Assembly (NCBI GenBank): GCA_963810095.1
Contig: CAWEMM010000002.1
Span: 96,001-160,000 of the forward strand
Length of the DNA: 64,000 bases
Direction of reading: 5' to 3'
From: an uncultured Chloroflexia bacterium
GTDB lineage: Bacteria; Chloroflexota; Anaerolineae; CG2-30-64-16
A model generated the notes under the pieces. The model ran no database searches. It had not been told where the DNA came from and saw only the letters and a list, made by a program, of their open reading frames with translations. Position 1 is the stretch's first letter. Every line of letters starts with the position of its first letter. The position numbers and the translations under genes were made by a program. This document shows positions 29,749 through 41,020 of the stretch, one piece after another.

Positions 29749-31486
29749 ATGTCCTTGTCCCCCGCCATCCGGGTGCGCGACCTCTATTACGCGTACCCAC
29801 CGCCCATGCCGGACGCGCCCCCGACAGAAGTTCTCAACAATGTAAACTTCGAGATTCAGCCCGGAGAGTTCGTCGCACTGTTGGGCCGCGTCGGCGCCGG
29901 CAAGACGACCCTCTCGCTCGCCCTCAACGGCCTTGCACCCCATGCCACGGGAGGCGTCTTTCGCGGCCACGTGCTGGTGGGCGGGCTGGACACGCGCGAC
30001 CACCCCGTGCCCGATCTTGCGCAGGTTGCCGGCCTGGTCTTTCAGGACCCCGAAACGCAGCTGACGCAGATGCGGGTGGAGGACGAGATCGCTTTCGGGC
30101 CCGAGAATCTTGGGCTCGCGCCGCAGGAGATAGCCCAGCGCGTGGACTGGGCGCTCGATGCGATCGGCCTTAACGGGTATCGCGACCGCAATCCGTCGCT
30201 TTTGTCGGGCGGCGAGAAGCAGCGGGTGGCCATCGCCGCGACCCTTGCCATGCGGCCCCAGGTGCTGGTCCTTGACGAGCCGACTGCGAACCTCGACCCC
30301 GGCGGTAAGGCGGCGGTCTTCGCCGTCCTGCTGCGCCTGGCGGAGGAGCGCCGGATCACGATCCTCCTGGCGACGCAGGACGTGGAGCGCGTGCAGCGCT
30401 ATGCCCGGCGCGTCCTGGTGCTGCATCAAGGGCCGGATCGCGTTGGACGGGCCGCCCCGCGAGGTTTTCGAACGCGAGGTCGAACTGCGGGAGTGGGGCG
30501 TTGGCGTGCCCCAGGTGGTGGAGTTGGCCCACCGGCTGGGCGAGCGGCAAGGCCGGCTTTACCACTTTCACAGCGTCAGCGGCGCCGTGGCCGGCCTGCG
30601 GGCGGAGCTGCGCCGGAGACCTGCGACCGGACGACCGTCGCCGCCTGAGCCGGTGCCGGAGGGGAACAACGAGGCGGAGATCGTCGCCGATCGCCTCACC
30701 TTTGCCTACGACGACGCCACGCCGGCGCTGTGCGACGTGTCGCTCTCGATACCAGGTGGTCAGTTCCTCGCTCTCGCCGGTCCCAACGGCTCGGGCAAAA
30801 CGACCTTCGCCAAGCACCTCAACGGCCTGCTGAAACCCTCCTCGGGCCGGGTGCTCGTCGCAGGCCAGGACACGCGCTCGCTGCGAGTGCCCCAGCTGGC
30901 GCGTATCGTCGGCTACGTATTCCAGAACCCGGATCACCAGATTTTCGCCGCAACCGTGCGCGAGGAGATCGAATTCGGGCTGCGGCTCCAGGGCCTGGCC
31001 GCGCCCGAGGTGGAGCGGCGGGTTGACGAAGCGCTGGAATCCGGTGGATTGGGCTCCGTTGCCGATCAGCCCCCTGCGACGCTCAGCCTGGGCCAGCGGC
31101 GGCAAGTCACGCTGGCGTCCGTGCTCGCCACCCGGCCGGCGATCCTGGTGCTCGACGAGCCCACCGGCGGGCTCGACGCGCGCACCCGGCTGGACCTGAT
31201 GGACCGGGTTGTCCGGTTCAACCGCGACGGCGGGACCGTCGTCCTTATCACCCATGACGTGCGACTGATGGCCGAGTATGCGGGTCGCGTCGTGGTCCTG
31301 CGGTCTGGCCGCGTCCTGTTTGACGGCACGCCGGCGGCACTCTTCGCAAACCGGGCGGTCCTGTCTCAAGCGCGGCTGACCGTGCCCCCCGTGATCCGGG
31401 TGGCGCAGCGTCTCGCGGCGCTCGATCCGTCGCTTGGCCCGCTCGATACTGTGCGCAGCGCAGCGGAGCTCGTGGATGTCCTCTAG
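29749..31486 (+). CDS. fused dual ECF transporter ATPase (EcfA-A'); indel near 30430
   Basis: GRVGAGKT..VFQDPETQ..AFGPENLG..LSGGEKQR; second GPNGSGKT..VFQNPDHQIF..LSLGQRRQ..DEPT. Confidence 0.88.
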
Positions 31487-32250
31487 CTTCGACGTTTACG
31501 TCCGGCGCAACACCTGGCTTTACTGCCTGGACCCCCGGGTCAAGCTGGCGTACGTCTTCGTGGCCTCGATTCTCGTGTTCCTGTGGCCGTCGCCGGTCGT
31601 GGCCGTGGCAGTCAGCCTTGTCTCGCTCGCGCTGTTGTTGCTCGCCGGCGTGCCGCGCAGGCGCATCCTCAGCTTCCTGCGCGGGCTTGTCGTCTTGCTG
31701 CTGCTCGTGCTGGTGCTGACCACGCTGTTCACGCGGTGGCGGCAGCACGGTGTGGTTTTCGCTGGGTCCGCTGCAGGTGAGTGCCGAGGGCTTCTGGCAC
31801 GCGCTGCTGCTTACGACCCGGCTGTTGGCGCTGAGCCTCGCGTTCTTTTTCTGGCTGAGCACGACCGACCAAGGCGAGATGACGCGCGGTTTCGTCGCGT
31901 TGGGCCTGCCCTATGAGTGGGGCCTGACGATTGCCCTGGCTCTGCGCTACTTGCCGATCCTGGCCGGGTTGTTCCAGCAGGTGCGCGAGGCGCAGGCGGC
32001 GCGGGGGCTCGATCTGACACAGCGGGGTTTGGGCGCCCGGCTCCAGGCCTACCGCCCGATCTTGATCGCCGTGGTGATCGGCGCGCTCCGTCACGGCGAA
32101 CGGCTGGGCTGGGCGCTCGAAGCGCGCGCGCTGGGTGCCGCGAAGCGCCGGACGACATTCCGGCCGCTGCGCCTGCACCGTGACGACGTCTTCGTGCTGG
32201 CCTTCTTGGGCCTGGTTCTGGTGCTAGGGGTGGCCTTGCGCCTCATGTAA
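31476..32250 (+). CDS. ecfT: ECF transmembrane component EcfT; indel near 31740
   Basis: LDPRVKL, ALRYLP, EAQAARG, ALEARA coupling motifs. Confidence 0.88.
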
Positions 32251-32388
32251 CAGTGTATTGAATATCACTTAACTGCATGTCTTCCGTGGTACACTGAGGT
32301 CACCAACGGGTCGGGGTTAGGCAGGGCTGGCAGTGCCTAACTTCGACCCAGTCATTTAAGAGCCCTGGGCGACGCGGCCGGGCTTGTT

Positions 32389-32417
32389 TTGACACGCCGC
32401 CTTCAAACGGGTACAAT
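32389..32417 (+). promoter_or_regulatory. sigma70 promoter of tRNA-Arg
   Basis: TTGACA-17 bp-TACAAT. Confidence 0.8.
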
Positions 32418-32432
32418 GTCGGCATTCAAGAG

Positions 32433-32504
32433 GCCCCCATAGCTCAGTGGATAGAGCGCTAGCCTCCGGAGCTAGAAGCGCAGGTTCGAGTCCTGCTGGG
32501 GGTA
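32433..32504 (+). tRNA. tRNA-Arg(CCG), CCA not encoded
   Basis: Acceptor GCCCCCA/TGGGGGT, D arm GCTC-AGTGGATA-GAGC, anticodon arm CTAGC-CTCCGGA-GCTAG, T loop TTCGAGT. Confidence 0.95.
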
Positions 32505-32507
32505 CTG

Positions 32508-32546
32508 GGCCCTCGCATCCAGCATGGCTGGGGCGGGGGCTTTTTG
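32508..32546 (+). terminator. intrinsic terminator after the tRNA
   Basis: GC-rich hairpin gccctcgc..ccagc atg gctgg..gcgggggc followed by TTTTT. Confidence 0.75.
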
Positions 32547-32753
32547 TTGCCTCACCCTCGGACAACTAAACGTGATCCGGAAGGTTTCGTTTAGCATCGC
32601 ATCTACCAAACGCCCCAAACGTTCGCTCAATTGAGCCAAGCTGGTTTCGCTCCAACCCCACGCGGCCCGCCGTCGCACCTCTAGACCACGCGCTCGGTTC
32701 TCACGACGAGCGCCGGCGCTGCGGCGATACCATAGCGGACAAGGAGACAACCG

Positions 32754-33278
32754 ATGTCCATCTTCAAACGCGAACCGGAACCCGAGTATAACCGGGCTGC
32801 AGCGGCCCGAACCGCCGCACTCCCGGCTGCGCCACCCCGGGAATCCACACCGGCGCCCTCGGGAGCCGTGCCCACTCCAACGCCATCCGCACCCGTCACG
32901 GGGCAGGCAGCCGCACCGGCCGCCCCCGTCGCGCGGGAAGCCGCAGCGGTCATAGACCGCCAAACCGAAATCACAGGCACCCTTCACTCCTCAGGCAACG
33001 TACTCATCGAAGGACGTTTTCACGGTGAGGTGGAAGCCAACGAGACGGTATGGGTGGAGAACGGCGCCCAGAGCGACGGGCAGTTGCGAGCGTCCGATGC
33101 GGTCATCTCGGGCGCCGTAGACGGCCAGATTGCGTGCGGCCACCGGCTGCAGATTGCAGCAAGCGCCGTCGTGAGCGGCGAGATCAAGACCCCGGTGTTG
33201 GTCATCGAGGACGGCGCGACAGTCAACTGCCGTTTCAGCATGACACGCCCGGGCATCGCTTACGGAGGGATCCGATGA
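32754..33278 (+). CDS. bactofilin (polymer-forming cytoskeletal protein)
   Basis: Pro/Ala-rich N-terminus, then I...TEITG.L...GNV.IEG...GEV beta-helix repeats, IEDGA. Confidence 0.88.
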   Translation: MSIFKREPEPEYNRAAAARTAALPAAPPRESTPAPSGAVPTPTPSAPVTGQAAAPAAPVAREAAAVIDRQTEITGTLHSSGNVLIEGRFHGEVEANETVWVENGAQSDGQLRASDAVISGAVDGQIACGHRLQIAASAVVSGEIKTPVLVIEDGATVNCRFSMTRPGIAYGGIR

Positions 33279-33832
33279 CGACAATGACGGCGGTCGCAAC
33301 TGCGGCCAAATCGACAGCGCCCACGGCCGGGATCGAACCGAGCGAAAGTCGCATCGACAAGGATTCGCACTTCAACGGCCTGTACGAGACGAAGCAAAAC
33401 CTGCGCATCGAAGGGTTGGCCGAGGGTGAAATCCAGTGCGAGGGGACGCTGACCGTGGCCGAAGGGGCCCGCGTGAAGGCCAAGGTCACGGCAAGCACCA
33501 TCACGATCGCGGGCGAACTCGACGGCGAGGTCTTGTGCCACGGGGTGTTCCAGATTATGCCCAGCGGCCAGGTGTCGGCCTCAGTCTCTGCCCGCAGGCT
33601 CATCGTGCAGGAGGGCGGCCTCTACAACGGCGAGTTCCGCATGATCACGGAGGGTGCAAAGACCGGCACGTTCAGCAGTTCCTCGCCCGCCGGTGACCAC
33701 CGCGGCTCGCCGTCCGATGGGTCGTCGCTCGATGCGCTGAGCACGGAAGATTGGTGGCGCAAGCTGACCGCCGAGGATAAGCACGACGAGGATGCGGCGG
33801 ATCACACCGAACCGGATCGCAGCGAATCGTAA
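33275..33832 (+). CDS. second bactofilin
   Basis: LRIEG..EGEI...GTLTVAEGARVKAKV...ITIAGELDGEV...VQEGG; ATGA overlap with the previous gene. Confidence 0.88.
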   Translation: MTTMTAVATAAKSTAPTAGIEPSESRIDKDSHFNGLYETKQNLRIEGLAEGEIQCEGTLTVAEGARVKAKVTASTITIAGELDGEVLCHGVFQIMPSGQVSASVSARRLIVQEGGLYNGEFRMITEGAKTGTFSSSSPAGDHRGSPSDGSSLDALSTEDWWRKLTAEDKHDEDAADHTEPDRSES

Positions 33833-33849
33833 GGGCGGGCAAGACCGCG

Positions 33850-33885
33850 AGGAAACCTGGCTTCTCAAGAAAAGCCAGGTTTCCT
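33850..33885. repeat. REP-like palindrome between convergent genes
   Basis: aggaaacctggctt-ctcaagaa-aagccaggtttcct. Confidence 0.7.
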
Positions 33886-33914
33886 GCCGCTTGGCCAGCC
33901 TCGGCGGCGACCTA

Positions 33915-34886
33915 TTAGGCCAGGGGTTTCTCCCACTGGAGCCAGCCGGGTAGACGGCGATAGCCGAGCTTCTCGTTCAGGCGCAGAATCGCGGAGTTTT
34001 CCGTGTCGTTGTGCGTGCGCGCTTCCTTGTAGCCCCGCTCTTTGAGCGCCTGCAGGGACGCCAGCTTGATCGCCAGCGCCAGCCCGTGGTTGCGGTGCTC
34101 TCGCAGAATCCCTGTCGAGTTGGTGATCGCCGGGCCGTCCTTAAGCAACTCCACGGTCGTCTCGCCGACGATTTCGTCGCCCTGCGCGGCCAGGAAGATG
34201 TAGGCCGGGTCGTTGGTCGGGCCTTCCAGCCCCTTGTGCCACTGATCATACTCGAGGTTGATGCGCGCGCCGCCCGGCAGCGGAACGTCCTGCACGGACT
34301 CCTTGAACACCTCGTACAACTGGCGGTCGGCGTCCGCACGCTCGGCGCGCAGGGCGGCCAGGGTCACGATACGGTATCCTTGAGATTCCACCCGTTCCAA
34401 CGCACCCGGGAAACGCGCAACATCGAACTGCGCCAGGTCGATCGCTTGCTCGAATCGGATGCCGAATTGGGTGAAGCCTGCGGCTTCGAAGAAGCGAATG
34501 CTGTGTGACTGGCTCTCGCGGCAATCGGACCACAGCTTCTCTGCACGCTGTTCGCGCGCGTACGCTTCGTGTCGCGCCAGCAACGCCTGCCCGATGCCCC
34601 GTTTCCGCCAGTCGGGATGCACCAGCCCGTAGACGATGTAGACGCCCGGCGCGCTGGACCAGAACGGTTTTTCGCACGCGCCCATTCCGATCAGGTGGCC
34701 GTTGGCATCCTCGACCGCCAGCCGCAGCCGGGGATTATCCTGCGGATAGCTGTGCTCCCAGTGCAGCTCTTGTTCCAGCGTGGTCGGCTCGTCGTGATAC
34801 TCGAGATTCACGATGTCGACCCAGGCAGGGATATCCGACTCGCGGTACTCCCGCAAGCGCCACTTGTCCGTCGGCTCATGAGTCAT
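33915..34886 (-). CDS. tandem GNAT acetyltransferase
   Basis: VHPDWRKRGIG and TGILREHRNHGLA..N...N..LGY motifs. Confidence 0.88.
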   Translation of the reverse strand: MTHEPTDKWRLREYRESDIPAWVDIVNLEYHDEPTTLEQELHWEHSYPQDNPRLRLAVEDANGHLIGMGACEKPFWSSAPGVYIVYGLVHPDWRKRGIGQALLARHEAYAREQRAEKLWSDCRESQSHSIRFFEAAGFTQFGIRFEQAIDLAQFDVARFPGALERVESQGYRIVTLAALRAERADADRQLYEVFKESVQDVPLPGGARINLEYDQWHKGLEGPTNDPAYIFLAAQGDEIVGETTVELLKDGPAITNSTGILREHRNHGLALAIKLASLQALKERGYKEARTHNDTENSAILRLNEKLGYRRLPGWLQWEKPLA

Positions 34887-35108
34887 GGTGCCCTCCTCGA
34901 TGCAAGATGAGACTATAGCACCAACCCGCGCCAGTGTCTATGCGGCGGCAGAGACATGTCGGACGCGCGAGGAAGCGGGATTGCATACCGCCCCCTTTAG
35001 GCCCCATATACTGTAACTAAGGCTCGACTCGGCGCTGCTGGAGGTGGAGCTGGATTCGGGCTGAGCATGTGAGTGAGTGTCAGAGGTGAAGGAAGAGGGG
35101 TGGAGTCG

Positions 35109-36027
35109 ATGTCTGAGCATACGAGTTTCCCGTCGCCCGCAGAGCTGAAAGATGCGCTGGGCGAGAACCAATACATCGCGAGCGACGAAATCGCCACGAT
35201 CATGTACCTGAGCCAGCAGCTGGGCAAGCCACTGCTGACCGAGGGTCCCGCGGGCGTCGGTAAGACCGAGCTCGCTAAGGCAATTGCGGGCGCGACCGGG
35301 CGCGAACTCATCCGGCTTCAGTGCTACGAGGGCCTGGACGAGACCAAGGCCCTGTACGAGTGGGAGTACGCCAAGCAGTTGCTCTACACGCAGCTGCTGC
35401 GCGACAAGCTGCAAGAGACGCTTATCGAGCGCTACCAGCCTGTCCGAGGCCGCCGACAAGCTCGCGGGCGAAGAGGATGTTTTCTTCTCCATGCGCTTCT
35501 TGCTCCAGCGGCCGCTGCTGCGCGCGATCCTGAGCGAGAAGCCGACGGTCCTTCTCATCGACGAGATCGACCGGGCCGACGCCGAGTTCGAAGCCTTCCT
35601 GCTGGAAGTGCTGAGCGACTTCCAGGTGAGCGTGCCCGAGCTTGGCACGCTGCAGGCGGTCCATCGCCCGCTGGTGCTCCTGACGAGCAATAATACCCGC
35701 GAGCTGAGCGAGGCGCTCAAGCGTCGCTGCCTCTATCTCTTCATCGACTACCCCGACGTGGAGCAGGAGCTGGCCGTTGTCCGGCTGAAGGTGCCCGAGC
35801 TGGCGCCTAAGCTGGCGCGCCAGGCGGTCGAGCTGGTGCAGCGGCTGCGCAACATGGACCTGCGCAAGTCGCCGAGCATCTCGGAGACGCTGGACTGGGC
35901 CAAGGCGCTGGTCACGCTGAATCGCGCGGGCCCTGGACGCGCAGACCCTGGAGACGACGATGAGCGTCCTCCTAAAGCACGAGACCGACCTGCAGCGCGT
36001 GAAGAACGAAATGAACCGGCCTGCTGA
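35109..36027 (+). CDS. MoxR/CoxD-like AAA+ ATPase; indels
   Basis: GPAGVGKT, RLQCYEGLD, LLIDEIDRAD, TSNNTRELSEALKRRC. Confidence 0.9.
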
Positions 36028-36083
36028 GCGACCCCGCTTCGACGACGAGATGGGACGCTACCGCCGGCTGAATTGAGCGCACG

Positions 36084-37463
36084 ATGGACGATCGGATAGC
36101 GAAATTCATCTCGGCATTGCGTGGGCGGCGGCGTACGCGTCAGCCTGGCCGAGAGCGCCGATGCGTTCCGCGCAATCGAAGAGTTGGGCGTCATGGACCG
36201 CGAGGTTTTCCGCTTGGGCCTGCGCACGACGTTGGTCAAGGAGGCAGACGATCTGCCGACCTTTGACGAAATGTTCCCGCTCTTCTTCGGGGTAAGCGAG
36301 GCGCCGCCGCTGATGAACCTGGCGGAGGACCTGACGCCCGAGGAAGCGGAGATGCTGGCGGACGCGCTCAAGCAGTTCACCGAACGGCTGCGCGATATGC
36401 TGGAGCGGATGATCCAGGGCAAGCCGCTGAGCCAGCAGGAACTCGACCAACTCGGCCAGATGGTGGGGCTGAACCGGGCCGACAACCTGCGCCAGAAGGA
36501 ATGGATGGCGCGGCGCATGGCGCAGGCGCTGAAGTTCAAGGACGTGCAGGAGGCGCTCGAAAAGCTGCAGGAACTGTTGGCCCAGATGGGCATGAACAAG
36601 CAGCGGATCGACCAGATGCGCCAGATCCTCCAGTCGAATCAGCAGTCGATGATGGAGCAGCTCCGCAACCATGCGGGTCAGCAGATCGCGGAGAACATGG
36701 CAGAGAGCCGGCCGGAAGACAACGTCGACGCGCTGATGAACCGGCCCTTCAACGCCCTGTCCGACAAGGATATGGACATCCTTCGCAAGGAGGTTGGGCG
36801 CTGGCCGCCCGGCTTCGCAGCCGTGTTGCCCTGCGCCAGAAACGCGCGAAGACCGGCAACATCGACGCCAAGCGTACGATCCGCGCGAACCTCAAGCATG
36901 GCAGCGTGCCGATCGACATCAAGCATCGGGATCGCACGCTCAAGCCGAAGCTGGTCGTTATCTGCGATATCAGCACTTCCATGCGCCCGGTCTCCGAGCT
37001 GATGCTGAGCCTGCTCTACGCGCTGCAGGACCAGATCTCGAAGACCCATGCGTTCGCCTTCATCGACCGGCTGGAGTACGTCTCACCCGACTTCCAGACG
37101 AAGGAAGCGCGCGAGGCGGTCAGCGACGTGCTGCTCCGGATGCCGTCCGGCTACTACAACACCGACCTGGGCGGCAGCCTGGCCGAGTTCAACCATGACT
37201 ACATGGACACGGTCGACGGCCGGACCACCTTCATCGTCGTGGGCGACGGGCGGAACAACTACAACGACCCGCGCCTCGACCTGTTCCGCAACATCGCGCA
37301 GCGCACGCGCACGACGCTGTGGATCAACCCGGAAGCGCCCGCGCTGTGGAGCACGGGCGACAGCGACATGCTGAAGTACGCGCCTTCTGCGACACGGTCG
37401 TGCAGGTCAACACCCTGGCCGAACTCGCGGCCGCGGTTGACAAGACTGCTGGTGACGCGCTAG
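36084..37463 (+). CDS. CoxE-like VWA domain protein; indels
   Basis: LR..GVRVSLAE, IDAKRTIRAN, CDISTSM MIDAS, TDLG, GDGRNNY, WINPE. Confidence 0.85.
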
Positions 37464-37485
37464 AGTCAGGCCGGCTGGCTTCTGG

Positions 37486-37522
37486 ATGGCGGCCCTCCCT
37501 GCCGGGAGAGCCGCCATTTTGT
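37486..37522 (+). terminator. intrinsic terminator
   Basis: atggcggccctccc-tgcc-gggagagccgccat followed by TTTGT. Confidence 0.6.
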
Positions 37523-37628
37523 CATCTGGTGTGGCATCGTAAGCACAAGACGCGCGACGCAAGGCTCTCAGCAAGCCTTCGTGTCTTCGTGACTTTGGTA
37601 AAGCGCACCGTTTGACGAAGGGGGATTC

Positions 37629-39051
37629 ATGAAGATCACGTTTCACGGCGCGGCCCAGGAAGTTACGGGCTCCATGCACCTCATCGAGGTCAACGGCAAG
37701 CGTTTGCTGCTCGATACGGGCATGTTCCAGGGCCGGCGTGACGAGACCTATCAGCGCAACCTCAACTTCCCCTTCGACCCCAAGACAATCGACGCGCTCG
37801 TGCTCAGCCACGCACACATCGACCACTCCGGCAACATCCCCAACCTGGTGAAGCAGGGCTTTGCCGGTAATGTCTGGTGCACGCCGGCGACCCGCAACCT
37901 GAGCGTGTACATGCTGCTGGACAGCGGGCACATCCAGGAGAGCGACGACGGAGTACCTCAACAAGCGGCGCAAGCGTGACGGCTATCCGTTGGTCGAGCC
38001 CCTGTACACACAGGCCGATGCGCAGGAGAGCCTGACCCACTTTGTCAGCGTCGGCCTCCATCGTCCCATCACCGTGGTCGACGGTGTCCAGGCGACGTTC
38101 TACAACGCGGGTCACATCCTCGGGTCGGCCTGGGTCGTCCTCGATATCAACGAGTTCTCCACCGGGAAGCAGTGGCGGCTGTTCTACAGCGGCGACCTCG
38201 GCCGGCCCGACATGCCCATCCTGATCGATCCGGAGACCGCCCGACGCGGCCGGCAAAGCCGACATCTTGATCATGGAGAGCACCTACGGCGGGCGGCTGC
38301 ATCCGATCGCGCGGGGAGGCGATGAAGCAGCTGCAGGACGTCGTGCGGGAGACAGTGCGGCGCCGCGGCAAAGTGATCATCCCGTCGTTCGCCGTCGGGC
38401 GCACGCAGGAGATTGTCTACGCCTTGAATGAGCTCGCAGCCGGAGGGCGATATCCCGCACCTGCCGGTCTTCGTCGACAGCCCGCTCGCCGTCAACGCGA
38501 CCGAGGTGTTCCGCCTGCATCCGGAGGAGTGGGACGAAGAGGTGCGGACGTTTTTGCAGGAGGAGAACCGCCGTAACCCATTCGATGCGCCCAACGTGCA
38601 ATATGTGCGCGACGCGGTGGAGAGCAAGCGGCTCAATTACCTGAAAGACCCCGCCATCATCATCAGCGCGAACGGCATGGCGGAAAATGGGCGTATCCTG
38701 CACCACTTGAAGAACAACATCGAGGAGCCGGAGAACACGATCCTGTTCGTCAGCTTCCAGGCGGAGAATACCCTGGGTCGCCGGTTAAGCGGCGGCGCGG
38801 CTGGCGGGTGAAGATTCTGGGTGAGGAGTACGACGTCCGGGCAAAGGTGGTCAGCATCGAGGGCTATTCCGCGCACGCGGACCAGGCCGAACTGCTTGCC
38901 TGGGCGCGGCCGTTGGATCGCGAGCGGCTGCAGAAAACATTCCTGGTCCATGGCGAGCCGCAATCGGCCGAGGCGCTGGCCGACAAGCTGCGCGGCGGAG
39001 CAGATGAAGGATGTGCGGGTCCCGCAGCGCGGGGAGATTGCCGAGTTCTAA
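37629..39051 (+). CDS. beta-CASP metallo-beta-lactamase nuclease; several indels
   Basis: [54 protein letters not shown] across frames. Confidence 0.88.
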
Positions 39052-39319
39052 GTACAAACACAAGCAAAACCATCAGCGGATGCCGAATGATTGTGTGGCG
39101 GGGGCGCCCTTGCCCCCGCCGCCCCCGACCAGGGGCTGCGCCCCTTGGAACCCCAAAGGCAACGCTGCAGGTTCGTGTTCGCCCGGCTAAGTCACCGTAC
39201 GGGGGATGAGGCATGGGCGGCAGGAACCATGCGTGGGTGTAACCACCACTGTGTGAGAAGCGATCATGACCGCCCTCGGCACTGCCAGGGGCATGACGGT
39301 CAAGAGGCAGCGGGCCGGC

Positions 39320-40035
39320 TCAGGCGTCCGGGATGATTTCGACTCCCTGGGAGCCAAAGTAGCGGAAAGCCTTCTCGAACTCCGCGTACTTGATAAAGCG
39401 GTTGTGGCCCTTGGCGCCACCCCCCTTGTAGAAGCCCCACGCGCTGCCGTCGAAGACGTACGGGTCGTCGATGACGACCCACCGGCCGTCGCTGCTGAAG
39501 CCCTTGACCACGATAAAATGGCCGTAAGTGTAGTCGTGGAACCGGCCGTAGCGGCGGGCCGGGTCGGTCGCGGGCTTGAGGTAATCCGCACCCGCGCCGA
39601 TATAGCCCATGTAGAGGATGGCGAGCACGGGGTGGTCGCGTGTGCCGACCGCCGCCTTTAATTCCTTCATCGTGGACGTCTTCTTGTAGTCCACGCCCCA
39701 GTGGTCGAGCACCCGGTACGCGTCGTTGAAGTCCGTCCCCCGGCACGACTTCCCGCTCACGTACTGCCCGCACGTCCTTGATGGCGATCCAGGTGTCCTT
39801 AGCATAGCCGATGGCGGCTGCAAAGACGGCCGGTCCGCAGTTGGCGCTGGCGCATGCGCCCGAGTCCTGCGAGCCCTGGTAGCGGTAGTAGTAAGTATCG
39901 GCGATGGCCGAAGGCGCGCCGGTCAGCGGGTCTGCGAGGGCAGCCTGCGCGGCCGGCACACCCACCGCACCGAACAGCGATGGCGACAAGAAACACGCTG
40001 CGCAGCAGCAAGGACCGAACGTAGGCAGCTTGCAC
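39320..40035 (-). CDS. secreted C39-like cysteine peptidase; indels
   Basis: Signal-like N-terminus, Q...NCGPA, GHFIVVKG, IDDP. Confidence 0.7.
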
Positions 40036-40218
40036 CGGGACTCCCCCATAGCGATTGATAGTACGATTTTACGGTAGGCCGCGGCGGCGTCAAGCGACGG
40101 GCACACCGCGGACGGGTTTCTGTTACAGGGCGAACGCATCCTGAGCCGTTTTGCTATTTGACGGGACGCAGTCGCAGGACGTTCCGCCCCCGATACCCCA
40201 AACCGGAGATTCCGGCGA

Positions 40219-41001
40219 TCACTCCACCGGCGTGAGCCAGCGCGTCTTGGTGTCCCCTTCGGCGGCCCAGCCGTTGACCGTGTCGCTCTGCAACTCCCAC
40301 CAGACGAGCCCATCCTGCTGAACGGGCCCGCTCTTGATCGTGAATAGCGTGCCCCTCGGCACCTTGGCGACGGCTCGAGCGCCCTTGGCGGCATCCTGCC
40401 GGACGGTGAGCACCTGCGTCGACTCGGTCGTCACCTGCACGCGGTCGCCGACCTCGATCGCCCGCTCCACCAACTTGAGCGGCGCCGGGGTGGCTGTGGC
40501 TGCTGCGGCGGCCGCCCCGCCCTGCTGTTCCTCGATCTTCAGCCACGGATCGTTGGCGGGGCCGGCAGCGACCCAGCCGGTGACGCCGCCCCCTGCGTCC
40601 ACCCGATACCAGTCGTAGTTGTCTGCCTGCTTGGGGCCTTCCAGGATGGTGGCGACCGCACCGGTGTTCAGGTTGCCTACCTTCTTCCCCTTGGCGCTGG
40701 CCGAGTCGCGGAGGTTCAGCCCACCGCTGGCCGCAACGCGGACCTGGCGCACCGCCGCCGCAGCGGGAGTGGGCGCAACGGTGGCGGTAGGCGGCGCAGC
40801 CTCTGCGGCTGCCTCAGTGGGCGCTGCGGTCGGCTCGAGTGTCGAGGCAAAGACGCGGGTGGGTTGTTCGGTCTGCGCTTCGCCGGGCTCGAGCGTGGGC
40901 GTCGGGGTGACGCGTACCTGGAATCCGCCACATGCCAGCGAGGCTGAAATCAACACAACGATGGGGAGGAGGAGCGCCCAACCTCGTCGATGTTGCATCA
41001 T
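40219..41001 (-). CDS. lipoprotein with two bacterial SH3 domains
   Basis: Lipobox SLAC, PT linker, LNLR..GP..WYRV..GWVA and LTVR..GP..WWEL..GWAA. Confidence 0.85.
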   Translation of the reverse strand: MMQHRRGWALLLPIVVLISASLACGGFQVRVTPTPTLEPGEAQTEQPTRVFASTLEPTAAPTEAAAEAAPPTATVAPTPAAAAVRQVRVAASGGLNLRDSASAKGKKVGNLNTGAVATILEGPKQADNYDWYRVDAGGGVTGWVAAGPANDPWLKIEEQQGGAAAAAATATPAPLKLVERAIEVGDRVQVTTESTQVLTVRQDAAKGARAVAKVPRGTLFTIKSGPVQQDGLVWWELQSDTVNGWAAEGDTKTRWLTPVE

Positions 41002-41020
41002 CCTGCCCTCCGTAGATTTA

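Noticed and set aside
32433-32750. tRNA as an integration site
   Set aside because: No integrase, no duplicated tRNA 3' end and no compositional shift nearby.
39100-39155. ccaggggctgcgccccttggaacccc hairpin after the beta-CASP gene
   Set aside because: Single short copy in the window; too little support beyond a generic hairpin.
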